Part shown: positions 40,408-51,839 of the stretch, piece by piece
Layout of the letters: every line of letters starts with the position of its first letter
Position numbering within the stretch: position 1 is the stretch's first letter
DNA from: Clostridia bacterium
Lineage (GTDB): Bacteria; Bacillota; Clostridia; Oscillospirales; CAG-272
Length of the DNA stretch: 64,000 nucleotides
NCBI GenBank assembly: GCA_017504995.1
Contig: JAFVQC010000028.1
Coordinates: 707 to 64,706 of the forward strand
Direction of reading: 5' to 3'
The notes under the pieces: generated by a model
Told to the model about the DNA's origin: nothing
Databases searched by the model: none
What the model saw: the letters and a program-made list of their open reading frames with translations, nothing else
Translations under genes and position numbers: made by a program

Positions 40408-42069
40408 TTAGTTGAAAATGGTATCGTGAACCGTACCGCCTGCGGGGATCATGGGAAGCACCTTTTCCTCCCGATCGATCTCACATTCGATCCAAACGGG
40501 TCCCTTTGCCGCCAGTGCCTTGCGCATTGCCGCTTCAAATTCGGCAGGTGTCTTGCAACGGTAACCCGTACCGCCAAACGCCTCGGCGACCTTTACGTAA
40601 TCGGTCACGCGCTCAGGCTCACTGGAAGAAAACCGTCTGCCGTAGAACACGCCCTGCCATTGACGAACCATGCCAAGCACCGCGTTGTTCAGAATGACCG
40701 TGATCACGGGCACCTTGTAGCTTACCGCCGTACAGATCTCGTTCATATTCATATGAAGTGAGCCGTCCGAGGTAAAGTGAACCACGGGAACGTCGGGATT
40801 GGCGATCTGCGCGCCAATGGCAGCGCCGTAGCCGTAGCCCATCGTTCCCAAGCCGCCGCTGGTCAGGAAGCTCAGGGGCTTCACGTGATGGAGATATTGA
40901 GCCGCCCACATCTGATGCTGACCCACGTCAGTCACGAAGATCGCATCCTCTCCCGCGATCTCGCACGCCGTCTCAATGACTTGATGGGGGCGCAGATGGG
41001 TCTCGGAATCCTCGGGACGGTAGTCCTCTTCACGCCACTTTTCGATCTTGGCAAACCACTCGTCGTGTGTCGCCGGCTTGATATACCGCATCAAACGGTT
41101 CAAGACCGCCTTCACATCGCCTACGATGCTGTAATCGGCAATGACGTTTTTATTGATCTCGCCCGAATCGATATCGATATGTACGATCTTGGCGTTGTGC
41201 CCGAACTTATTGGTGTTGAGCGCCACGCGGTCACTAAAGCGCGTTCCGATGGCGATCATCACGTCGGCGCGGTTTGCCGCGCAGTTGGCAGAGTAACAAC
41301 CGTGCATTCCCATCAAACCGAGATTGTGCTTCTCGCCGTATCTCAGCGCGCCTGCCGCCATCAAGGTATACGCCGCGGGAATGTCTGCCGTGAGTAACAG
41401 CTTTCTCAATTCCTCGGATGCTCCCGACAAACGAACGCCGCCGCCGAAATACACGAAGGGACGCTCCGCGCGATTGATCAACTCGGCGATCTCCTCCACG
41501 TTGCCCACCACCTCGGTGGTGCGCTCGTGAGTATCCGCCTTTGGGGCGGGAGTATAAGTAGTCCTGTCCGCAGTCACGTCCTTGGGCACGTCCACAAGCA
41601 CGGGACCGGGTCTGCCGCTGGAAGCAATACGGAACGCCTCTCGCAGGGTGTCTGCCAGATCGTCTACCTTCCGCACCACGAAGTTGTGCTTGGTGATCGG
41701 CATGGTAATGCCTGTGATATAGACCTCCTGAAAGCTGTCGCAACCGATCAGCGGCGTGGATACGTTACCCGTAATGGCTACCATGGGAACGCTGTCCATA
41801 TACGCCGTCGCGATACCCGTAACCAAATTGGTAGCGCCCGGACCGCTGGTGGCGATCACCACGCCCGTTTTACCCGTAGAACGGGCGTAGCCGTCCGCGG
41901 CGTGCGCCGCGCCCTGCTCGTGGGCGGTCATGTAATGGTGGATTTTATCGCTATACTTATACAGCGCGTCGTAAATATTCAACACAGCGCCGCCCGGATA
42001 GCCGAACACGGTATCCACGCCCTGCTCCAAAAGAACGTTTACGAGAATTTCCGAACCGTTTAAAATCAT
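40408..42069 (-). CDS. ilvB: Acetolactate synthase large subunit
   Basis: FGYPGGAVL, HEQGAAHAADGYAR, DVGQHQMW, SGGLGTMG. Confidence 0.96.
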   Translation of the reverse strand: MILNGSEILVNVLLEQGVDTVFGYPGGAVLNIYDALYKYSDKIHHYMTAHEQGAAHAADGYARSTGKTGVVIATSGPGATNLVTGIATAYMDSVPMVAITGNVSTPLIGCDSFQEVYITGITMPITKHNFVVRKVDDLADTLREAFRIASSGRPGPVLVDVPKDVTADRTTYTPAPKADTHERTTEVVGNVEEIAELINRAERPFVYFGGGVRLSGASEELRKLLLTADIPAAYTLMAAGALRYGEKHNLGLMGMHGCYSANCAANRADVMIAIGTRFSDRVALNTNKFGHNAKIVHIDIDSGEINKNVIADYSIVGDVKAVLNRLMRYIKPATHDEWFAKIEKWREEDYRPEDSETHLRPHQVIETACEIAGEDAIFVTDVGQHQMWAAQYLHHVKPLSFLTSGGLGTMGYGYGAAIGAQIANPDVPVVHFTSDGSLHMNMNEICTAVSYKVPVITVILNNAVLGMVRQWQGVFYGRRFSSSEPERVTDYVKVAEAFGGTGYRCKTPAEFEAAMRKALAAKGPVWIECEIDREEKVLPMIPAGGTVHDTIFN

Positions 42070-42126
42070 CGTTACCTCCCTTCTTCGACAACGTCGAAGA
42101 TTTTTCATTCCTGTTTTTTTACTCCA

Positions 42127-42407
42127 AAAAAATCAAAAAGACCTTTATCTCTCAAAACAAAGAGACAAAGGTCATCTGTATCCTCTGCGGTACCACTCTT
42201 ATTGCCGAATAAATCAGCCACTTATGCCCTACCAATCAGTAAAGCTGTCCATGATAACGGAGACACTCCGTCCGCGTCTACGCAACCGAGTCGGTCTTCA
42301 AGCGGAAGCTCGGGGAGGAGTTTCATAGGCTCGCGTTACCGATTTCCATCACCCATCGGCTTTCTGTAAGCGCCCACACTATTACTGATTCCCTTTATCG
42401 CTTATGA
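42127..42407 (-). promoter_or_regulatory. T-box riboswitch (Leu, CUC specifier) of the ilv-leu operon
   Basis: Minus strand: CAGAAAGCC stem I, gaaaCUCcu specifier, CCGTTATC, GAGTGGTACCGC, terminator gaccttt..aaaggtc + U run. Confidence 0.88.
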
Positions 42408-42551
42408 ATTATGTGGATATTTTATCACGAAACGATTTTTTTGTCAAGAGAAATTTTTAAATTATTATGTTTTCTTTTTATTTTCTATAATATGCACATT
42501 TTTTTGCTCCCGCAAGAGCAAAAATCATGCACTTCACCATAATAAAGCGCC

Positions 42552-42923
42552 TTACAGCTCGGCAATGACTTCCACTTCCACCAAAACGTTTTTGGGAAGC
42601 GCCTTCGCCGCTACGCAGGATCTGGCAGGCTTTCCTACGAAGTACGAGCCGTATACGGCGTTAAACGCCGCAAAATCCGCCATGTCTGCCAAAAAGCACG
42701 TAGTCTTGACTGCCTTTTCGATGCTCGTTCCCGCCGCCTTCAGCACCTCACAAAGATTGCGGCAAACCTGCTCGGTCTGCTCCTCAATGGTGGTAGCGTG
42801 TACCTGTCCGTCCGCGGGATCGATGGCGATCTGCCCCGAGGTAAATACCAGTCCGCCCGCAATGACTGCCTGAGAGTAAGGTCCGATTGCCTCAGGCGCA
42901 TTTTTCGTGTATACTTTTTCCAT
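42552..42923 (-). CDS. ridA: RidA enamine/imine deaminase
   Basis: APEAIGPYSQA, SGQI, PARSCV, LVEVEVIA. Confidence 0.92.
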   Translation of the reverse strand: MEKVYTKNAPEAIGPYSQAVIAGGLVFTSGQIAIDPADGQVHATTIEEQTEQVCRNLCEVLKAAGTSIEKAVKTTCFLADMADFAAFNAVYGSYFVGKPARSCVAAKALPKNVLVEVEVIAEL

Positions 42924-42944
42924 GTTTTTTCTCCTTTTATTTTA

Positions 42945-44144
42945 TTAGTTTACCAAATGGAAGCCTGCGGCTACCAACGCCGCCGTAATATGTTCAATAT
43001 GTTCGTAGTTCTTGGTTTCCAGAACCATACGCAAGAAGCAACCGTTGATATCCGTGGTCTCGCTGGCTCTCTCGTGGTGAACCGAGATCACGTTTCCGCC
43101 AAGCGCCGCAATGATGGTGGATACCTCCTGCAGCTGTCCTGGCTTATCCATCAGCTCAATGCAAAGATTACAGGTTCTTCCCGATTTTAGCAGACCTCTC
43201 TCCATCACGCGGGACAAAATAGTCACGTCGATGTTACCGCCCGAAATGACGCAGGCAACGTTCTTCCCTGCCAAGGGAAGCTTGTCAAACATTACCGCCG
43301 CCACAGAAACCGCGCCCGCGCCCTCCGCGATCATTTTGTGCTGCTCTACCAATGTCAGGATCGCCGAGGAAATCTCGTCCTCCGTCACCGTTACGATCTC
43401 GTCCACGTATTGGGAAACCAGAGAGAAGGTATTGGCCCCCGGCTCCTTGACCGCAATACCGTCGGCAATGGTGGAAACAGAGGGAAGTCGTCCGATCTTT
43501 CCATTCTTGATGGAGTTGAACATGCTGGGCGCGCCCGCCGCCTGTACGCCGTATACCTTGATATGGGGCGCCAGATGCTTGATGACGTACGCGATACCCG
43601 AAATCAGACCGCCGCCGCCAACGGGAACTACCACCGCATCCAGATCCGCGCACTGATTCAACAGCTCAAGACCGATGGTTCCCTGACCCGCGATCACGTT
43701 GTCGTCATCGAAGGGATGCACGAATGTGTAGCCCATCTCGTCTCTGAGCTTCAGGGCGTGCTTGTAGGCATCGTCGTATACGCCCTTGACCATCACCACC
43801 TCCGCACCGTAGCTCTTGGTTGCCTCCACCTTGGAGATGGGCGCACCCTCGGGCAGACAGATGATGGAACGGATTCCGTATTTGGCGGAAGCCAGCGCCA
43901 CACCCTGCGCGTGGTTTCCCGCAGAGCAGGCGATCACGCCTCTCGCCTTTTCCTCCTCGGTCAGCTGAGAGATCATATATCCCGCGCCTCTGACCTTAAA
44001 CGAACCCGTCAATTGAAGATTCTCGGTTTTCAGATAGACGTTCTTGCAGGCGGGATTGATCTTGGGGGAATGGGTCAGATCGGTCTCCCTCACCACGTTT
44101 TTCAGCATAAAAGCCGCATGATAAACCTTATCCAAAGTAAGCAT
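42945..44144 (-). CDS. ilvA: Threonine ammonia-lyase with C-terminal ACT domain
   Basis: KTENLQLTGSFKVRGA, SAGNHAQG, GGGGL, SGGNID. Confidence 0.93.
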   Translation of the reverse strand: MLTLDKVYHAAFMLKNVVRETDLTHSPKINPACKNVYLKTENLQLTGSFKVRGAGYMISQLTEEEKARGVIACSAGNHAQGVALASAKYGIRSIICLPEGAPISKVEATKSYGAEVVMVKGVYDDAYKHALKLRDEMGYTFVHPFDDDNVIAGQGTIGLELLNQCADLDAVVVPVGGGGLISGIAYVIKHLAPHIKVYGVQAAGAPSMFNSIKNGKIGRLPSVSTIADGIAVKEPGANTFSLVSQYVDEIVTVTEDEISSAILTLVEQHKMIAEGAGAVSVAAVMFDKLPLAGKNVACVISGGNIDVTILSRVMERGLLKSGRTCNLCIELMDKPGQLQEVSTIIAALGGNVISVHHERASETTDINGCFLRMVLETKNYEHIEHITAALVAAGFHLVN

Positions 44145-44171
44145 AGTCGTGTCCTTCCTTCTTTAACAATC

Positions 44172-44425
44172 AAAAAATCAAAAAGCCTTCGTCTCTTTTT
44201 TGAAAGAGACGAAGGCAATGCTCCGCGGTACCACTCTTTTTGTTCTTGCGAACCACTCATGTACGAAAAATACAATATTCTTTAACGCAGAAATACGCGC
44301 TGTTCTACCTGTGCGAGCACCATCGACAGCGTACTCAAGGGTGATTTAGCAAAAGAGACGCTTGCCGTTTCACACCAACCAACGGCTCTCTGAAAAGCGC
44401 GCATCCCGCCGCTCCCTATCATCGT
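44172..44425 (-). promoter_or_regulatory. T-box riboswitch (Ile, AUC specifier) of ilvA-ridA
   Basis: Minus strand: CAGAGAGCC..GGTGTGAA, uaaAUCac specifier, GAGTGGTACCGCG, terminator gccttcgtctct..agagacgaaggc + U run. Confidence 0.9.
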
Positions 44426-44521
44426 AAATAATACTAATATATTACACTCTTTTTTCAAAAATGTCAATACTCAAATTCAACAACAAACAAAAGCGCGTTT
44501 TATATTTTTTTGTCGAATTTG

Positions 44522-46756
44522 TTACATTTCAAGGATATCAAGTAGCTCTTTGATCCGTTCTACCGCCTCGGGAAGGTTCAACCGATCCACCGCGTAGGCA
44601 TGCCGCAACAGCTCCGCGGGGATATATTCGTCATATTTTTCAAAAACGGGAAGCTCCTTGGGGCTGACCAAGGAAAGCGGGGTCGCGTCGGGCGCGCCGT
44701 AGCTTTGCAGCAAACGCCGAAACAATGCCTCTCCACTTCCGTGCTCCATGCGGAAGGTCATATAATTACAGCCTTCAAAATCCATTCCCGAAATGCCGAA
44801 CTCAGCGCTGACCGCACCGATCATCTTCCGAAGGGTTCGGAAGGATCTTGTCCCCAGCCACGGGAACAAACACCACGTATATCCACCAAGATATACGAAA
44901 GGTCGCTCGTTCATGCCCGCGTTTTTCGCCACGCGCCGCGCCATCTCCAAGCGCCTCACGGCATTCCCCTTTAAATAGGGATATACGGTATCCTCCTGCA
45001 AGACCCGACGCATCCGTTCCAATATCCTCGTATGGATCTCTCCGTATTCTCCGGGCCATGAGACCTCCATTTTCCCTTCTACACCCTTGACGAATACCAA
45101 CCGTCGCGCGGCATCCAGCTCCAACACCTCCCAGACCCGTCCCGCCAAAGCGAACCGATCGCCTACGGGAGGCGGCGTGGTGATCGTCCCCAGCTCCTCC
45201 GACTCACATCGAACCGTAAAATCCTCGCTGTCGTTGAACACCGCGTAGAACTTGAAGCTGTTCAGCAAGCGCTCTCCCGCAAGCCCTACGATCAAGCCCT
45301 TTTCCTCGGTCATTTCCAGAAAATCGTGGTTGAGCATCGACACAAGCAGCGCGCGATAGGTTTCCTTGGAAACCGCCGAAAAGGGAGAAAGCGAAAGCAT
45401 TCGTTCGGCAAGCGCCGCCGCGCTCAATTCTCCGCAGGATGCCAGCATACTAAGCGTCTGATGGAACAAGAGACTCAACGGCTCTTTCTTTCTTGACGGC
45501 GGCTCGACGAATCGCTCCTCTATATACAGCTGAACGATGGCAATGGCGCGGATCAAGCCCCATGGGATCAACTGGGGTAGAGGCGCGTTCGGCAAAGGCT
45601 CTTCCTCACGGAACACCATCATCATCTCGGGGGGCTGACCGCGCCGTCCCGACCGCCCAAGCCGTTGCAGAAAGGACGAAACCGAGTTGGGGGAATCCAT
45701 TTGCAAGATACGCTCCAACCGTCCGATATCGATTCCAAGCTCCATGGTCACCGTAGCACAGGTCACCGCAAAGACCTCGTCGTTCTTCATCTTCAGCTCG
45801 GCTTCCTCCCGCAGCGAGGCGGAGAGATTGCCGTGATGAATCAGAAATACGTCGGGATCGTTCCGCTTTGCGGCGATCTGCCGAAGGGTGGCGCAAACGT
45901 ATTCGGTCTCCTCTCTGGAATTGGAAAAAACCAAAGATTTCTTCTGTCTGACACACTCGTAAAGATATTCGTATCCCGCATCCATCAACGCCCTCGCGGA
46001 TTTCTCCCCCGAAACGGCGAGTACGGTCTGATCGAAATTCGGATTCTGAATAAAGAAATGCTCCAGCCCCAACCGCCAACGGATCTTTTCCTCCTTAAAA
46101 AGCGGTACGTCAACTCCGCGGTCAGTCCCCGCGCAAAGCCACTCTGCCGTCCGATTGGGATCGCCCACCGTAGCGGACAACCCTACCCGCCTCGGAGAAT
46201 GTCCGATCAACCGTTCCAGACGCGCAAGCTGGCAAAGGATCTGATTGCCTCGGTCACTTCCCGTCAGCGTGTGGATCTCGTCAAGCACGATAAATCTCAA
46301 ATCCGAAAACAGCCTTGGGATATCGTTGGAGCGATTGATAAGCATCGCCTCCAAGGATTCGGGCGTGATCTGCAAGATTCCCTCGGGGTGCGCGAGGAGC
46401 TTTTTCTTCCTCGATTGCGCCACGTCGCCGTGCCAATGGGTCACGGGAATACCGCTTTCCTCAAGAAGCTCTTCCATACGGGCAAACTGATCGTTGATCA
46501 AGCTTTTCAAGGGTGCGATATACAGCACAGAAATGCCCGTGGCGGGCATCTCGGAAAGACTCGTCAAAATCGGGAAAAACGCCGCCTCGGTCTTACCGCT
46601 TGCGGTGGACGAGGTCAGAAGCAAATGACGGTCGGTCTCAAGGATCGTCCTTGCCGCCTCGATCTGTACGGCGCGCAGGCTTTCCCAGGAATGAGAATAG
46701 ATATATTCCCGAATAAATACGGGAAATCGCTCAAAAATTCTGTCCGCCTCGGTCAT
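44522..46756 (-). CDS. Lhr-like DEAD/DEAH helicase (Shango SngC-like)
   Basis: TASGKT, PLKSLINDQ, TPESLE, DEIH, SAT, HHGNLS, MELGIDIG, QRLGRSGRR. Confidence 0.88.
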   Translation of the reverse strand: MTEADRIFERFPVFIREYIYSHSWESLRAVQIEAARTILETDRHLLLTSSTASGKTEAAFFPILTSLSEMPATGISVLYIAPLKSLINDQFARMEELLEESGIPVTHWHGDVAQSRKKKLLAHPEGILQITPESLEAMLINRSNDIPRLFSDLRFIVLDEIHTLTGSDRGNQILCQLARLERLIGHSPRRVGLSATVGDPNRTAEWLCAGTDRGVDVPLFKEEKIRWRLGLEHFFIQNPNFDQTVLAVSGEKSARALMDAGYEYLYECVRQKKSLVFSNSREETEYVCATLRQIAAKRNDPDVFLIHHGNLSASLREEAELKMKNDEVFAVTCATVTMELGIDIGRLERILQMDSPNSVSSFLQRLGRSGRRGQPPEMMMVFREEEPLPNAPLPQLIPWGLIRAIAIVQLYIEERFVEPPSRKKEPLSLLFHQTLSMLASCGELSAAALAERMLSLSPFSAVSKETYRALLVSMLNHDFLEMTEEKGLIVGLAGERLLNSFKFYAVFNDSEDFTVRCESEELGTITTPPPVGDRFALAGRVWEVLELDAARRLVFVKGVEGKMEVSWPGEYGEIHTRILERMRRVLQEDTVYPYLKGNAVRRLEMARRVAKNAGMNERPFVYLGGYTWCLFPWLGTRSFRTLRKMIGAVSAEFGISGMDFEGCNYMTFRMEHGSGEALFRRLLQSYGAPDATPLSLVSPKELPVFEKYDEYIPAELLRHAYAVDRLNLPEAVERIKELLDILEM

Positions 46757-46776
46757 CTCACTTCCTCCTTCCGTCG

Positions 46777-48132
46777 TCAAAATTCAATATCCTCCGCCGA
46801 ATATACGGCTCTCCCTTTTTCTTCGGTTGCATCGGCGGCAGAGGCGGCTTCCGTTCCGCCAAACGCCCCCCCCACGACCCGATCAAAGGTTACCGTATCG
46901 TTCTGCATCAAAATGTTCAACACCGTCATGTAATCTCTGAGCATCTCACGGGGCGTGATCATGCTGTCCGCCCCCGCGCGGGAGAGAGACAGCTCCAAAA
47001 AGCGAACCATCTCCGCCTCGGTGATCCGCGGCTCTTTGCCGTAATTCACCGCATACAGCTTGGTAACGCGAGAGATCAGCGCAAACAGCTCGTCGTCGCT
47101 CAACCGCTTCAGACGGATCACGGGACCGATCAGATTCCGATATTCCTCCGACGCGAATCGGCTGTCGCACAAACGGCTTCTCAGCGCCTCGTAGCTAAAC
47201 AGTCCTCGCCTCGGATCGTCCATAAATTGGGGCGTTCCCCCAAGAATCAAGCCAAGTCCCTCGGCGCGTCCCTGCAAGGTGTCGTTAAACATGGACAGGA
47301 TCTTTTCATAGTTGTTTTCACGGCTGACCCGATGATTGATCTTATACAGATTCACACATTCGTCGATAAAAACGATCAGACCGCGATAGCCAATAAAGCG
47401 AACGAGGATTGCCCAGAGCTTGATAAAATCGTACCAGTTCTCGTCGTCCACGATCACCGAAACGGGAAAACCAAGGGCGCTTCGCGCTTCGGTCTTGGTG
47501 GCGAATTCTCCTCTTAACCAACGCAAGCAGGCGCTTCGCTTTTCGTCGTTTCCCTCGGAGGATGCCCGATAATATTCGGTAATCACCCGAGAAAAATCAA
47601 AGCCGCCCACCATAAACTCCACCTCACGGAGCTTTTGCGCCACCCGCGCGTTCAGGCTTGATACAAAGCGCTCGCTTTCGGGATCGAGTCCCTCCGCCAG
47701 CAGCTCCGCTTTCATACCGTCGATCCACCGCGCGATCATCTTCGGCAACGCGCCGCCATCGGGCGAGGTCTTGGACGCCATGTTTTTCATCAGCTCACGA
47801 TAGGTGGCAACGCCGCTTCCCGACGCGCCGTACAAGCGTCTCTCGGGGGAAAGATCGGCATCCGCCGTAATAAAATTTCGCTCCAGCGCGTAGCCTCGGA
47901 TCAGCTGCATCAAAAAGCTCTTACCGCTTCCGTAGCGTCCAACGATAAAGCGCATCGTCCCGCACCCCTCGTTGACCTGCTCCAGATCGGACAGAAGCGC
48001 GCCGATCTCGTCCTTTCGTCCAATGGCAATATAAGGCGCGCCGATTCTCGGAACGACCCCCGCCGAAACCGAGATCAGAAGCGAGTTCAGTACCCGCTTC
48101 GGTATTTTTTGAAGATCTGCCGTATGATTCAT
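46777..48132 (-). CDS. DUF2791/BrxD-like P-loop ATPase (Shango SngB-like)
   Basis: GVVPRIG, Walker A GRYGSGKS, Walker B FIDE, SYEALRSRL. Confidence 0.85.
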   Translation of the reverse strand: MNHTADLQKIPKRVLNSLLISVSAGVVPRIGAPYIAIGRKDEIGALLSDLEQVNEGCGTMRFIVGRYGSGKSFLMQLIRGYALERNFITADADLSPERRLYGASGSGVATYRELMKNMASKTSPDGGALPKMIARWIDGMKAELLAEGLDPESERFVSSLNARVAQKLREVEFMVGGFDFSRVITEYYRASSEGNDEKRSACLRWLRGEFATKTEARSALGFPVSVIVDDENWYDFIKLWAILVRFIGYRGLIVFIDECVNLYKINHRVSRENNYEKILSMFNDTLQGRAEGLGLILGGTPQFMDDPRRGLFSYEALRSRLCDSRFASEEYRNLIGPVIRLKRLSDDELFALISRVTKLYAVNYGKEPRITEAEMVRFLELSLSRAGADSMITPREMLRDYMTVLNILMQNDTVTFDRVVGGAFGGTEAASAADATEEKGRAVYSAEDIEF

Positions 48133-49763
48133 GATCCGCCTTCCTCTCCCTTCATTTCTTTTAACACTTCTTCCCGATATTCCTCAACGATCCCATAGCC
48201 ACCCTCACCTTCCTCGATCAGCGCGTCACCAAATTCGTCAAAGGCAATCTCGTTGATTTGCTCTGCCAAGGAATCCACAAGTATTCCAAGCCGCCGCGCC
48301 TCTCGGATCAGTACCGAATCGCTCCCCTCCAGTAAGGCGAGAAGGATCTCCCGATACCGAGCAAGACCGCTTTCTTCTTCGGGCACGGACACTTCGGGTG
48401 TCTCGATGGACAAACCCGCTTCTTCCGTCGCCTCCCCTTCTTCAAACGCCTCGATCAGATCGTAAGTGATATCCCACGACTCCCTCTCGATCCTTGCGGC
48501 GTCAGAGAGGGAAAGAGGCTTGATGGGATTTTCGTAAAGCGCCTCGTACGCCGCCGTTGCCGCAGGCGCTTTTCGCCGCTTGTTCGGCAACGCCTCCGCA
48601 AAATAAGCGTCCAGAATATCTCTTACCTCGTTGGGCAAGGAATACACCGTCATTTTCGACTTGATCCCAAGATGCGTCCTCAGCTTATTTTCCGCGTATT
48701 TCACGATATCCCCCACCAGAAAGCGAAGCTCGTTGGAACGGGAAAAGGAGCAATAGTCCACCTCGATCCGATACCGCGCCTCCGACGAACAGATTGCCCC
48801 CGCGTATGCGTCCCGCGCAAGAGTACTGTCGTTGAAGGAGATCCCCGAAAGCAACCGTCCGTCGGCGGAATAATACCGCACAGCCCGCACAAGAGCCTCA
48901 AAAATATGGGTATCAAACAGCTCCTCGTTCTCCCCCGCGTAAAATTTGCTGCCCCGATAGTCGTAGGAGCTGCAAAAGCGAAGCAAGGAACGGGCGCAGC
49001 CACGCATATCCCCCCGAGGCATGGCAATATAAAATTCTTTTAGAGCAAGCACTCGCGACGCCAATTTGCTCCCACCCTCCACAGGGGGCGGCAGGCGGTG
49101 AAGAAGGGAAAAATCGCAGATCCAATCCGCAAGCTTTCCCGCAATGGCAGGAAAACGCTCGTGATATTCTCTCCACAACGCCACCAGCATCCGTTGCGAT
49201 GCCTTGGCATCTTGATAGCCGCCCAGATTGATCAGCTCGTAAATATAAAGCAGAACGTAACAATACTCTGTCTCGATCCACCGACCGCTTCTCGCGTTTT
49301 GGCGAAACCAGAAATAGTGGGCAAGCTGATCGTCGTTCATTTGATTGTATTGGGGCGCATAGGAGAAAAACGGAACGCACGGGCAGGGCGAACCCTCTCG
49401 GTGAACGTACCGTACCGCATCCTCCAAAAACTCCCCGTAATAGCGATACGCGCTTTTTTTCTTTTTCAGAGCCACCCGATGTAAAAGCGAGTCCTCGGGG
49501 AAATAGGTCTGCTCCGAGTCCCACTCCTCCTTGGCGAAAGAAAGCGCGCCCTCGGCGGAATGAGGAGGAATATATCGGATAAGGACCGTGCCGTCCGAGG
49601 AACTGCCATACTTGGCGGGAACGGTTGCCGCGCCTTGAATTTCCCTTGCCGAACAGTCCTTCGGCACGCCGAAGGAGGACTCCCGTTTCGGGATCAAGGC
49701 TTCAATATCCCAAAAGGAATCGGTCTCGTCCTTTCCCGTCTTTTTTTCGTCCGTTCCACTCAC
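48129..49763 (-). CDS. TerB-N/TerB-C domain protein (Shango SngA-like)
   Basis: PFFSYAPQY..M...QL..YFWFR, YVLLYIYELIN, C-terminal LAEQINEIAFDEFGDALIE. Confidence 0.8.
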   Translation of the reverse strand: MSGTDEKKTGKDETDSFWDIEALIPKRESSFGVPKDCSAREIQGAATVPAKYGSSSDGTVLIRYIPPHSAEGALSFAKEEWDSEQTYFPEDSLLHRVALKKKKSAYRYYGEFLEDAVRYVHREGSPCPCVPFFSYAPQYNQMNDDQLAHYFWFRQNARSGRWIETEYCYVLLYIYELINLGGYQDAKASQRMLVALWREYHERFPAIAGKLADWICDFSLLHRLPPPVEGGSKLASRVLALKEFYIAMPRGDMRGCARSLLRFCSSYDYRGSKFYAGENEELFDTHIFEALVRAVRYYSADGRLLSGISFNDSTLARDAYAGAICSSEARYRIEVDYCSFSRSNELRFLVGDIVKYAENKLRTHLGIKSKMTVYSLPNEVRDILDAYFAEALPNKRRKAPAATAAYEALYENPIKPLSLSDAARIERESWDITYDLIEAFEEGEATEEAGLSIETPEVSVPEEESGLARYREILLALLEGSDSVLIREARRLGILVDSLAEQINEIAFDEFGDALIEEGEGGYGIVEEYREEVLKEMKGEEGGS

Positions 49764-49949
49764 GCTCTCGCCCTCCTTTCCGATTTTGCTTATTATAATA
49801 TTGTACCATGTTTTTTCTTCTCTGTCAATCCAAGGGCAAAAAAATCAAAAAAATTCACGAAAACGGCAAGATTTTTTGAATATCCACTTGAAAAATTTTC
49901 TATTTGGGGGTATACTATATAAGATCGAATTTATTTTTTGGAGGTTTAT

Positions 49950-51605
<1,656 letters not shown>

Positions 51606-51622
51606 AGAACCCAATAAAAACC

Positions 51623-51661
51623 GACGGGTGCTTGCGGCAATGATTGCCGCAAGCACCCGTC
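51623..51661. terminator. 19-bp-arm perfect palindrome between convergent genes
   Basis: gacgggtgcttgcggcaat-g-attgccgcaagcacccgtc. Confidence 0.7.
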
Positions 51662-51686
51662 ATTGTTTGTAATATCCTTATATTTC

Positions 51687-51827
51687 TCACCAATCCCAAT
51701 TGTCACCGTCACCGGATTCCGTCGGGATCAGCTCCTCGGGATAGTTCGAGGAAGCCGAAAGGATCTCCTCGGTATTCAGGCAAACCCACGTCAGACGCGG
51801 AGACTCGTAACTCTTCTTTTCCTTCAT
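51687..51827 (-). CDS. 46-aa peptide MKEKKSYESPRLTWVCLNTEEILSASSNYPEELIPTESGDGDNWDW (absent from ORF track)
   Basis: Translated by hand; AAAGGAG RBS overlapping the upstream stop codon; fills the gap to the terminator. Confidence 0.75.
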   Translation of the reverse strand: MKEKKSYESPRLTWVCLNTEEILSASSNYPEELIPTESGDGDNWDW

Positions 51828-51839
51828 CGCCGTCTCCTT

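Noticed and set aside
42125-44216. Similar terminator sequences in the Leu and Ile T-boxes
   Set aside because: Expected from T-box antiterminator constraints and common ancestry.
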